From IMG/VR virus record IMGVR_UViG_3300032242_000550, positions 91,160 through 155,159 of that record: a stretch of 64,000 nt of DNA; one strand, 5' to 3'. Positions 8,770 through 17,945 of this stretch are shown piece by piece; the stretch's first letter is position 1; each line of letters starts with the position of its first letter. The position numbers and the translations under genes were made by a program. Below the pieces are notes generated by a model. It ran no database searches. It saw nothing but the letters and a program-made list of their open reading frames with translations, and was not told the DNA's origin. The DNA comes from a virus.

Positions 8770-9435
8770 ATGGCATCAAATCTAAATTCAGAATTTAACT
8801 ATCGTTACCAAGTTATTGGTTCAACACCCTGGGAAAAAATCAAAACATTACAAGGCTTCTATGTCGGACGTAAACGTGCCGCTGTATTAGAAGAAGTAGC
8901 TGAACTAAAATATCAAGCTAAACTTGAAGAACTAAAACATTTAAAAACAGTTCCAGCATTACCACATATATTGCTTAATTTACAAGCAGAAATCATTGAG
9001 TTAGAATCACATTTAGATGACCAAAAACATGCATTTGAGCTTAATCGTAAAGAGATTAAGATATTAGAAAAACTTATGGCTGAACTATATGCTGAAGTTG
9101 AACCAACACGATTGAAACATCCAGATGGTACACCATATAGTGATGATGAGATGTTTGAAGCCAATGCTAATTATGAATTTACCGTAACAGTTGGTCGTGA
9201 GATACAATCTGAGATTATTGCTATGGGTAGACCTAGTCCAGCCAAGTTATTGAATGCTATGAGTAATCCAGAGACGTTACAATCATTAATGATGATTGGT
9301 CTTATACCACAAGGTACAGTGTTATTAGAGCAGAAAGACATTATGTTAGAGTTAACCAATCAGCAGCCTGTTGTTGAACCTGCAAAAGAGTTAGAAACTT
9401 CCACACCTAAGAAGAAGATAAAAAGAACAAAGTAA
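8770..9435 (+). CDS. Coiled-coil partner protein embedded in the propeller array, function unknown
   Basis: Heptad-rich E/K/L helices; ATTAAATA at 8733-8740; remote similarity to the C-terminal half of ORF 49550. Confidence 0.6.
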   Translation: MASNLNSEFNYRYQVIGSTPWEKIKTLQGFYVGRKRAAVLEEVAELKYQAKLEELKHLKTVPALPHILLNLQAEIIELESHLDDQKHAFELNRKEIKILEKLMAELYAEVEPTRLKHPDGTPYSDDEMFEANANYEFTVTVGREIQSEIIAMGRPSPAKLLNAMSNPETLQSLMMIGLIPQGTVLLEQKDIMLELTNQQPVVEPAKELETSTPKKKIKRTK

Positions 9436-9455
9436 TATCTATATACTTTACATAC

Positions 9456-9479
9456 AAAAGGCTCTACGGAGCCTTTTTT
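9456..9479 (+). terminator. Terminator with C(TACG)G tetraloop
   Basis: AAAAGGCTC-TACG-GAGCCTTTT-TT, immediately followed by CATAAATA at 9480-9487. Confidence 0.85.
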
Positions 9480-9506
9480 CATAAATAGATTAAAGGATAA
9501 CATATT

Positions 9507-10430
9507 ATGGATATTGGTGCAGGAATAACATTTGGTGCTGGGGTTAATATTGTTTATATACCTCCACCAACAAGTAAAGCTATCTTTGGATATGGTGTAA
9601 CTAGTGTTTATGTATCAATGACCAATCTTGTAAGTAACGCAGGTGTAGTTGCTACTGATACAACCGGTGTAGGTACAATAAGATCCACTCTTGCAGCCGC
9701 AACTTATGGTACGGATAAGGCTATATTTGGATATGGGGATGCCGGATCACCGGTATCTGTATCTAACAAGGTATCAAACACGGGTGTAGTTGCTACAGAT
9801 ACTACTGGTGTAGGTACTGCTAGACAATTATTAGCGGCAGCAGGATACGGATCAGATAAGGCTATATTTGGATATGGAGTATTCTACATCCCTTCAACAA
9901 CATATGTATCAATAACTAACCTAGTAAGTAATACAGGCGTAGTTGCATCTGACACTACTGGGGTAGGAACTGCTAGACAAAATCTTGCAGCAGCCGGTTA
10001 CGGAACTGATAAAGCTATATTTGGATATGGAAGTAATGGTTCGGGTTATGTATCAATGACCAATCTAGTATCAAATACAGGAGTAGTTGCTACTGATACA
10101 ACAGGTGTAGGTACTGCTAGGAGCGCACTTGCAGCCGCAACTTATGGTATTGATAAAGCTATATTTGGATACGGAACTACAAAAGTTACTAATTTAGTAA
10201 GTAACACAGGCGTAGTTGCAACTGATACTATCGGTGTAGGTACTACTAGAAATTATATTGCAGCCGCAGGTTATGGAGTTGATACTGCTATATTTGGATA
10301 TGGAACATCTAGTGGAACGGATGTATCAATAACTAATAAAGTATCAAACACCGGTGTAGTTGCAAACGATACTACAGGTGTAGGTACTGCTAGAAATGGT
10401 TTATCAGCGGCAAGTTACGGACTAGCATAA
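9507..10430 (+). CDS. Kelch-like propeller family A, copy 4
   Basis: Six repeats; N-terminus MDIGAGITFGAGVNIVYIPPP. Confidence 0.7.
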   Translation: MDIGAGITFGAGVNIVYIPPPTSKAIFGYGVTSVYVSMTNLVSNAGVVATDTTGVGTIRSTLAAATYGTDKAIFGYGDAGSPVSVSNKVSNTGVVATDTTGVGTARQLLAAAGYGSDKAIFGYGVFYIPSTTYVSITNLVSNTGVVASDTTGVGTARQNLAAAGYGTDKAIFGYGSNGSGYVSMTNLVSNTGVVATDTTGVGTARSALAAATYGIDKAIFGYGTTKVTNLVSNTGVVATDTIGVGTTRNYIAAAGYGVDTAIFGYGTSSGTDVSITNKVSNTGVVANDTTGVGTARNGLSAASYGLA

Positions 10431-11453
10431 AAATAAAAGGATAACATATTATGGATATTGGTGCAGGAATAACATTTGGTCAGGGTGTGAATATTGTTTA
10501 TATACCTCCACCAACAAGTAAAGCTATATTTGGATTTGGATATAGTACTACTTTTACAAATATAACTAATTTAGTCTCAACCACAGGTGTAGTAGCTACT
10601 GATACCACAGGGGTAGGTACTGTTAGACAAGGACTTGCAGCGGCAGGTTACGGAACAGATAAAGCTATTTTTGGATTTGGTGACTACTACTCCTTTGGCA
10701 ACGATTATTTCTCAATAACCAATCTAGTATCAAATACCGGTGTAGTAGCCGCAGACAACGGAACGGTTGGTCTTGCAAGAGGCTGGCTCGCCGCTACAGG
10801 TTACGGTACTGATAAAGCTATTTTTGGATTTGGAGTTAATTACGGCGGTGGGCGTAGTGAAACTAATCTAGTATCAAACACCGGTGTAGTTGCAACTGAT
10901 ACCGCTGGTGTAGGGTTTGCTAGACGATATCTAGCAGCCGCAAGATATGGAACTGATAAAGCTATATTTGGATATGGCGGCGGTGCCTCTTGGTATTCAA
11001 TGACCAATTTAGTATCAAATACTGGTGTAGTTGCTAGTGATACCACTGGTGTAGGTACTGCTAGGATGTACTTAGCAGCCGCAGGGTATGGCAATGATAA
11101 AGCTATATTTGGTTATGGCTCATCTATATCCGGAGTACAATCATTAACAAATTTAGTAAGTAACACCGGTGTTGTTTCTACCGATACAACCGGAGTCGGT
11201 ACTGCTAGAAATGCATTAGCAGCCGCAAGTTATGGTGTTGATACTGCTATTTTTGGTTATGGATCCGGACCAACTGCAATAACCAATTTAGTTTCAAACA
11301 CCGGTGTTGTTTCTACCGATACAACCGGGGTTGGTACTGCTAGAACCGGATTAGCAGCCTCAAATTATTCAACATAAAATCGCAACACAAAATAAAAGGA
11401 TAACATATTATGGATATTGGTGCAGGAATAACATTTGGTCAGGGTGTGAATAT
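10430..11453 (+). repeat. 65-bp exact direct repeat covering the RBS and first 14 codons of two different genes
   Basis: AAAATAAAAGGATAACATATTATGGATATTGGTGCAGGAATAACATTTGGTCAGGGTGTGAATAT at 10430-10494 and 11389-11453; 45 bp of it also at 9492-9536. Confidence 0.95.
10451..11377 (+). CDS. Kelch-like propeller family A, copy 5 (aromatic-rich loops)
   Basis: Six repeats, three of them with FGFG; loops such as DYYSFGNDYF. Confidence 0.7.
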   Translation: MDIGAGITFGQGVNIVYIPPPTSKAIFGFGYSTTFTNITNLVSTTGVVATDTTGVGTVRQGLAAAGYGTDKAIFGFGDYYSFGNDYFSITNLVSNTGVVAADNGTVGLARGWLAATGYGTDKAIFGFGVNYGGGRSETNLVSNTGVVATDTAGVGFARRYLAAARYGTDKAIFGYGGGASWYSMTNLVSNTGVVASDTTGVGTARMYLAAAGYGNDKAIFGYGSSISGVQSLTNLVSNTGVVSTDTTGVGTARNALAAASYGVDTAIFGYGSGPTAITNLVSNTGVVSTDTTGVGTARTGLAASNYST

Positions 11454-12258
11454 AACACCGCAACCACCTTCAATTACATTTCTTATAATAGCAGGTGGAG
11501 GAGGCGGTGGTAGTTACGGCGGTAGCGGTGGCGGCGCAGGTGGTTATATCACTACCACTGCAGCCTATGCGCCAGGGACGGTTTATACGGTTACTGTTGG
11601 CGCAGGTGGGACAGGTGGTACAGCATTTGATAAAGGTACTAGCGGGGCAAATAGTTCCGTTACAGGCTTTACTACTGCAGTGGGAGGTGGTGCTGGATCT
11701 GGCGCATTTAGTGCTGCTTTAAGTGGTGGTTCAGGAGGCGGTGCCGGTTACCCATCAAGTCCAACTGGAGGTTCAGGCATAATAGGACAAGGATTTGCTG
11801 GTGGTTCAAGTGGAGGTCAACTTTACATTGGCTCTGGTGGCGGCGGCTCTAGTGGTGTTGGTATTGACAGTGGTACTTCACCAACATATATTGCAGGAAA
11901 TGGTGGGCCTGCTACTGCATCAATAATTACGGGTGCTTCCGTATATCGAGCCGGTGGCGGTGGCGGTGGCGTTGGCATCACAGCAGGCGGCACCGCCGGT
12001 AGTGGCGGTGGCGGTGGGGCAGGAAACGGTGGCAATCAAAGCGCCGCTCCTACTGCTGGAGCAGTAAACACCGGTAGTGGTGGAGGTGGCTCGGGTAGTG
12101 GTGCCGGTTATACTGGCGCTGCGGGTGGATCAGGTGTGGTTATAATATCAGTACCAAGTACTTCCTACAGCGGTACAACCACCGGTTCACCTACAGTAAT
12201 AACTTCTGGCAGTAATACTATTATGCAATTTAATTCATCGGGAAGTTATACATCGTGA
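11410..12258 (+). CDS. Glycine-rich virion/adhesin protein with the shared N-terminal tag
   Basis: FLIIAGGGGGG..GGGGAGG, YTVTVGAGG and GGSGVVII motifs of phage glycine-rich domains. Confidence 0.7.
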   Translation: MDIGAGITFGQGVNITPQPPSITFLIIAGGGGGGSYGGSGGGAGGYITTTAAYAPGTVYTVTVGAGGTGGTAFDKGTSGANSSVTGFTTAVGGGAGSGAFSAALSGGSGGGAGYPSSPTGGSGIIGQGFAGGSSGGQLYIGSGGGGSSGVGIDSGTSPTYIAGNGGPATASIITGASVYRAGGGGGGVGITAGGTAGSGGGGGAGNGGNQSAAPTAGAVNTGSGGGGSGSGAGYTGAAGGSGVVIISVPSTSYSGTTTGSPTVITSGSNTIMQFNSSGSYTS

Positions 12259-12325
12259 GCTACTTTTTAAAAGATTAAAAGTCATTAGATAAACCAATAA
12301 ATAAATTAATATCAAGGATAAAGAA

Positions 12326-12688
12326 ATGGCACATTTTGCACAAATAGATGAAAACAACATCGTTACCCAAGTTATTGTAATAGAGCAATATGTATTGGAT
12401 ACCGGTCTATTTGGTGATCCAATTAATTGGATTCAAACAAGCTATAACACAATAGGTGGTGTACACAAATTAGGTGGTACACCATTACGTAAAAATTATG
12501 CTGGTATAGGTTATACTTATGATAGTACAAGAGATGCATTTATACCACCTAAACCTTTTAACAGTTGGGTATTAAATGAAACTAGTTGCATATATGAAGC
12601 TCCTACACCTAAACCAGCTGACTACCCGAATATACAGTATGTTTGGGATGAACCAACACTAAGTTGGATAGAATTCACTGATGTGTAA
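12326..12688 (+). CDS. MAHFA-type small protein (putative fibre/adhesin assembly chaperone)
   Basis: MAHFAQIDENNIVTQVIV...WIQTSYN...RKNYAGIGYTYD..DAFIPP; close paralog at 36182. Confidence 0.6.
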   Translation: MAHFAQIDENNIVTQVIVIEQYVLDTGLFGDPINWIQTSYNTIGGVHKLGGTPLRKNYAGIGYTYDSTRDAFIPPKPFNSWVLNETSCIYEAPTPKPADYPNIQYVWDEPTLSWIEFTDV

Positions 12689-12703
12689 TAAAGGTGTTTT
12701 TGC

Positions 12704-13069
12704 CTATAATGTATAATCTGTATCAACTGTAATATCTAAAATACTTTTACTTTTTTCTTTTAACTTCTTTTTATACAATCTACTACAGTTTGCACATAAC
12801 GTTTTTAAATTACTTTTTTCTTTGTTTTTTCTATTACTATCTTTGTAAATAACATCTAGTTGGCATTTATCTTCCGGAATAAATCCACACTTCTCACATC
12901 TGTTCTTTTTATGTAATAGATAGCCGTGTTTTGGATTATATGCGGCTTTACTACACTCAACACAATACTTGTGCCATTTTGTAAACCCATGCTTACTAAT
13001 ACCGTTCGGCTTTGATAACGATATATTACAGTTTTCACATAAAGGTCTTGGCGGTTGTCTGGTTAACAT
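12704..13069 (-). CDS. Zn-binding, degenerate HNH-fold protein
   Basis: Four CxxC pairs; CEKCGF...QLDVIYKDSN...NLKTLCANCS follows HNH spacing but lacks the His residues; TAAATA on the minus strand at 13074-13079. Confidence 0.6.
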   Translation of the reverse strand: MLTRQPPRPLCENCNISLSKPNGISKHGFTKWHKYCVECSKAAYNPKHGYLLHKKNRCEKCGFIPEDKCQLDVIYKDSNRKNKEKSNLKTLCANCSRLYKKKLKEKSKSILDITVDTDYTL

Positions 13070-13170
13070 AACTTATTTAGAAAAAAGATTTATTGGATGC
13101 TTTTTTCCACGGGGCAAATTATATATATCTGATAAATATATAATTAATATAATAATTTTCGGGACACAAT

Positions 13171-16100
13171 ATGGCAGCAGATGATTTCAATTCGTTAGGC
13201 GGGTACTCAATTGGTATACCGCCTGTTCCCGTAATTGATGCTAATGGTAATGTTGTTACAAACGTATTAGCTACAAGTGGAAATGTTGCCGCAGCCAACA
13301 TATATGGTGGTAATTATTTTTATGCAAATGGTAGACCCTTCACAGGAGGGGTAGATCCAGGTGGTCCAAATACTAGTATTCAATATAATAACAACACGTT
13401 TTTTGATGGTAGTACAAATTTTACATTTGACAATACTACAAACTTAGTAACAGTACCAAATTTAAATGTAACCGGCACAAGTAATTTAGGCCCTATAGGT
13501 AATATTACTATTGGTGGCGGTAATTCAGGATATGCATTAACTACAGACGGATCTGGCGGATTATATTGGACACCTCCAGGTAGTGGTACTAGTGGAATTA
13601 GTAAAGGTACTAGTAATTTATTAGTTGTTAGTACTAATGGAAATATTGTTGCCGGTATTGGTGGTGTTCCCAACATATTAACAATTTCTACTAATGGAAT
13701 TAATGTACTTGGTAATGTTGTTGCTAATAGATTCGTTGGAAATATATTTGGTAGTGCAAATACAGTAGTTAACAACGCACAGCCAAACATCACTAGTGTT
13801 GGTAATTTAATATCATTAGATGTTGTTGGAAACATTAATGCAGGTAACGTAATAGCAACAACATTTGTTGGTAATTTAATTGGTAGCGCAAATACAGTAA
13901 CTGATAATGCACAGCCAAATATCACAAGTGTTGGTACATTAATAACATTAGATGTTACTGGTAACGCTAATGTAGGTGCATTACTAACAGATAGTATATT
14001 ATATGCTAATGGCACACCTTATGTGTTTACAACTAATGCCGCAGGAAGTAATACACAAGTACAGTATAATAATAATAATGCGTTTAGTGGTATTGCAAAT
14101 TTCACATTTGATAATACTAGTAATACATTAACAGTTACTAATATCATTGCTAATGGAGCAGGATTAACATCATTAACTGGTGCAAACGTTACTGGTGAAG
14201 TAGCTTATGCTAATATAGCTAATAATGTAGCTGTGGCAAATGTTATAGGTATAGGTAATATTGCCACAACAAACTATGACGGAAATAGTAGTAATGTATT
14301 ACATGGTGACGGTACTTGGAGTGCTGACCAAACTAATTATAGCAATAGTAATGTAGTTTCATTATTAAATGCATTTGGATCAAATAATATAACAACAACT
14401 GGTAATATTTCAGCAGGTAATCTTGCTGGAAACGGTTCTGCTATATCATCAATAACTGGTGCAAATGTTACCGGTCAAGTAAATTATGCTAATATAGCTA
14501 ATAATGTAGCTGGCGCAAATGTCTCAGGTGCAGTAGCTTATGCAACCACAGCTAATAGTGTAGCCGGAGCAAACGTATCTGGTCAAGTAAATTATGCTAA
14601 TGTAGCTAATAATGTAGCTGGTTCTAATGTTTCTGGTCAAGTAAATTATGCCGCGGTTGCTAATTCAGTAGCAGGTGCTAATGTTTCTGGTACTGTTGCC
14701 AATGCAACACATGCAACTGTTTCTGACAGTGCAAATAGTGTAGCTGGTGCTAATGTGTCCGGTGCTGTTGCATTTGCGACAACAGCTAATAGTGTCGCTG
14801 GTTCTAATGTTTCTGGCGCTGTTGCATTTGCGACAACTGCTAATAGTGTTGCTGGTTCTAATGTTTCCGGTCAAGTAGGTAACAGTTTAGTTGCTGGTAC
14901 CGTATATACAAATAGCCAGCCAAATATTACAAGTGTAGGTACATTAACTAGCTTAACAGTATCTGGTAATGCTAATACAGGTAACTTGGGTACAAACAAT
15001 TTTATTGCTACAGGCACAGGTAGTTTTGGTGCTAACATCAACATGAACAATAAGTGGATAAACAATGTTGGTTATCCTAATCTAAACACTGATGTTGCTA
15101 CAAAAGCATATGTTGATACGATGATATCTAGTGGTATCAGCTATCATCAACCAGTACAAGTTGCAACTACAACTACACTAGCAATCGCTACAGGTGGCAC
15201 AACTGCTTATATACAACCAAATGGTGCGGGTAATGGTATAGGTGCATATATCAGTACTACAGGTACTTATTTAAATATTGACGGTGCAAATGTACAAACT
15301 GTTGGCACACGTATTTTAGTTAAAAATGAAGCTAATCAAGCATGGAATGGTGTTTACACATATGCTAATACAACCGCTATTGTACGTTCTACTGATACAG
15401 ATGAATATGGCCCGGATAGTGTACAACAATTAAGTATTAATGACTATTTCTTTGTTCAAGGCGGTATTGTTAATGAAGGTGTTGCTTTCATTGTTAATGC
15501 ACCAAGCGGTACAATTATTTTTGGTACTTCAAACATTACATTTAGTCAGTTTAGTACAAGTCAGGTTTATAATGCTGGTACAGGATTAACATTAGATGGT
15601 ACTATATTTAATATCAGTAATACTACAGTTACTTCAGGAAGTTATGGAAACGGTGATCGTGTTGCAACGTTTACAGTCAATAGTCAGGGTCAATTAACAG
15701 CCGCAAGTAATACAGCAATAACAGCAAATGCCGCTAACTTAACTGGCACAACTCTTGCTAGTTCAGTAGTAAACAGTTCACTAACAAGTGTTGGTACATT
15801 AACTATTCTAACAGTATCAGGTAACATTACCGGTGCTAACATATATGCTAACAGTGGTACAATTGGTGCAAATCTATTAACTGGTACATTAACAACCAAT
15901 GCTCAACCAAATATTACAAGTACTGGCACATTAACTAATTTAGTTGTAACTGGTAATATAATTAGCGGCAATGTATATGCTAATAGTGGTACAATTGGGG
16001 CAAATCTATTAACTGGCACATTAACAACATCAGCACAACCAAATGTAACAAGTGTTGGTACATTAACTAATTTGGTTGTTACCGGTAATACAATTAGTGG

Positions 16101-17892
16101 TAATGTATATGCTAATAGTGGTACGATTGGTGCAAATCTATTAACAGGTACACTAACAACTAATGCTCAACCAAATGTAACAAGTGTAGGATCATTGACT
16201 ACCTTAACTGTTATTGGTAATGCTAATGTAGGTAATTTAGGCACAGCTGGATTAATTACTGCTACTGGGAACGTTTCTGGTGGTAATTTGACTACCGGTG
16301 GTGCAGTTGTAGCTACAGGAAATGGTACGTTTGGTAATATCACTACGACTGGTACTGGTGGCAATATATATGGTGCTAATAATATCAGTGCTAATACGTT
16401 TACCGGAGTACTTACAACTAATGCACAGCCGAATATAACAAGTATTGGTACATTAACTAGTTTAATAGTTTCAGGTAATATTACGAGTGGTAATGTATAT
16501 GCCAATAGTGGTACAATTGGTGCAAGTCTATTAACTGGTACACTAACTACATCAGCTCAACCAAACATAACAAGTACAGGTACACTAACTAGCTTAAGTG
16601 TTACTGGTAATGTTACTAGTGGTAATGTATATGCCAATAGTGGTACGATTGGTGCAAATCTATTAACCGGTACACTAACAACTAATGCTCAGCCAAACAT
16701 AACAAGTACAGGTACGTTAACTAATTTAGTTGTTACCGGTAATGTTACTAGTGGCAATGTATATGCCAATAGTGGTACGATTGGTGCAAGTTTATTGAAT
16801 GGAGTATTGACCACTAGTGCCCAACCAAATATTACCAGTGTTGGTACATTAACTAGTATAACTGTATCCGGTACAAGTAATTTAGGTAGTGTGGGTAATG
16901 TAATAATTACGGGCGGTACTAGTGGTTATTATTTACAGACAAATGGATCAGGTGGGTTAAGTTGGTCATCAGTACCAACTGGTACCGGTATCAGTAATGG
17001 TAATAGTAATGTAAATATCCCGGTTATAAATGGCAATGTTACTATATCTAGTGCAGGTAATGCTAATATTGTAGTAATTACTGGTACAGGTGCAAACATT
17101 AGTGGCACATTAAATGTAACTAGCAATATATATGCTAGTAATTTTATTGCAAGCTCAAGTGGTAGTATTACTGGTGCTAATTTAGTATCAGCAAATTACT
17201 TTACAGGTACATTAACAACAGCGGCACAACCTAATATTACCAGTGTTGGCACATTAACTAGTTTAAGTGTTACTGGTAATATCAGTAGTGGAAATGCTAA
17301 TTTAGGCAATAATGTTAGTGCTAATTATTTTACCGGTGACCTTTACGGAACAGCTAATCTAGCTACATATGCAACAACTGCAAATAGTGTAGCAGGGGCT
17401 AATGTATCTGGACAGGTAAGTAATAGTTTAGTAGCAGGTACAGTATATACAAATAGCCAACCAAACATAACAAGTACTGGTACATTAACTAGTTTAAATG
17501 TATCTGGACCATTAGTAGCAAACACATTCCAAATGGGATATGGTGTATATGCGTTTTATTCAACATCTGTATATTTTGCTACTACAGCAAGTACATCTCC
17601 TAATCAAGTTTTATGGAATTATCCGGCTGCAGACTTGACAGCCATTGATTTTACGATTATTGCAACAAATAGTTCTGGTTTAACTAGACAAAGTTGCAAA
17701 ATTTCAGCCGCTATACTAGGAACTACCGTAGCATATAATGAATATGGTGGTTTACATATAAATGGTGGCGTGGGCAGTTTTAGTGTGGTATATAACGGAA
17801 GTGGACCGACTCCAACATTGGATCTAATAGTCACCCCAGACTCGTCGGACGTAACGGAATATAACATGTTAATTTCAAAATATCTGGTTTGA
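13171..17892 (+). CDS. Long Asn/Gly/Thr-rich tail-fibre-like structural protein 1
   Basis: AQPNITSVGTL and ANSVAGANVSG repeats, a DxATKxYVD fibre motif and a GTRILVK domain; GATAAATA at 13131-13138. Confidence 0.75.
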   Translation: MAADDFNSLGGYSIGIPPVPVIDANGNVVTNVLATSGNVAAANIYGGNYFYANGRPFTGGVDPGGPNTSIQYNNNTFFDGSTNFTFDNTTNLVTVPNLNVTGTSNLGPIGNITIGGGNSGYALTTDGSGGLYWTPPGSGTSGISKGTSNLLVVSTNGNIVAGIGGVPNILTISTNGINVLGNVVANRFVGNIFGSANTVVNNAQPNITSVGNLISLDVVGNINAGNVIATTFVGNLIGSANTVTDNAQPNITSVGTLITLDVTGNANVGALLTDSILYANGTPYVFTTNAAGSNTQVQYNNNNAFSGIANFTFDNTSNTLTVTNIIANGAGLTSLTGANVTGEVAYANIANNVAVANVIGIGNIATTNYDGNSSNVLHGDGTWSADQTNYSNSNVVSLLNAFGSNNITTTGNISAGNLAGNGSAISSITGANVTGQVNYANIANNVAGANVSGAVAYATTANSVAGANVSGQVNYANVANNVAGSNVSGQVNYAAVANSVAGANVSGTVANATHATVSDSANSVAGANVSGAVAFATTANSVAGSNVSGAVAFATTANSVAGSNVSGQVGNSLVAGTVYTNSQPNITSVGTLTSLTVSGNANTGNLGTNNFIATGTGSFGANINMNNKWINNVGYPNLNTDVATKAYVDTMISSGISYHQPVQVATTTTLAIATGGTTAYIQPNGAGNGIGAYISTTGTYLNIDGANVQTVGTRILVKNEANQAWNGVYTYANTTAIVRSTDTDEYGPDSVQQLSINDYFFVQGGIVNEGVAFIVNAPSGTIIFGTSNITFSQFSTSQVYNAGTGLTLDGTIFNISNTTVTSGSYGNGDRVATFTVNSQGQLTAASNTAITANAANLTGTTLASSVVNSSLTSVGTLTILTVSGNITGANIYANSGTIGANLLTGTLTTNAQPNITSTGTLTNLVVTGNIISGNVYANSGTIGANLLTGTLTTSAQPNVTSVGTLTNLVVTGNTISGNVYANSGTIGANLLTGTLTTNAQPNVTSVGSLTTLTVIGNANVGNLGTAGLITATGNVSGGNLTTGGAVVATGNGTFGNITTTGTGGNIYGANNISANTFTGVLTTNAQPNITSIGTLTSLIVSGNITSGNVYANSGTIGASLLTGTLTTSAQPNITSTGTLTSLSVTGNVTSGNVYANSGTIGANLLTGTLTTNAQPNITSTGTLTNLVVTGNVTSGNVYANSGTIGASLLNGVLTTSAQPNITSVGTLTSITVSGTSNLGSVGNVIITGGTSGYYLQTNGSGGLSWSSVPTGTGISNGNSNVNIPVINGNVTISSAGNANIVVITGTGANISGTLNVTSNIYASNFIASSSGSITGANLVSANYFTGTLTTAAQPNITSVGTLTSLSVTGNISSGNANLGNNVSANYFTGDLYGTANLATYATTANSVAGANVSGQVSNSLVAGTVYTNSQPNITSTGTLTSLNVSGPLVANTFQMGYGVYAFYSTSVYFATTASTSPNQVLWNYPAADLTAIDFTIIATNSSGLTRQSCKISAAILGTTVAYNEYGGLHINGGVGSFSVVYNGSGPTPTLDLIVTPDSSDVTEYNMLISKYLV

Positions 17893-17945
17893 TTACCGGT
17901 ACATAATTAAGAAAAAGATAAATACAAGCATAAGGACACAATAAA

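Noticed and set aside
5593-11377. Diversity-generating retroelement as the source of propeller variation
   Set aside because: No reverse transcriptase, no non-coding template repeat and no adenine-specific mismatch pattern in the window; loops vary in length, which fits recombination/indels better. A distant RT elsewhere in the genome cannot be excluded
5593-11377. CRISPR-like array (constant repeats with variable spacers)
   Set aside because: The repeats are in-frame, degenerate at third codon positions and lie within intact ORFs; no cas genes
10430-11453. Integron or shufflon-type site-specific cassette system
   Set aside because: No integrase or invertase in the window, no attC-like palindromes, and all cassettes are in the same orientation; the repeats are simple homology arms
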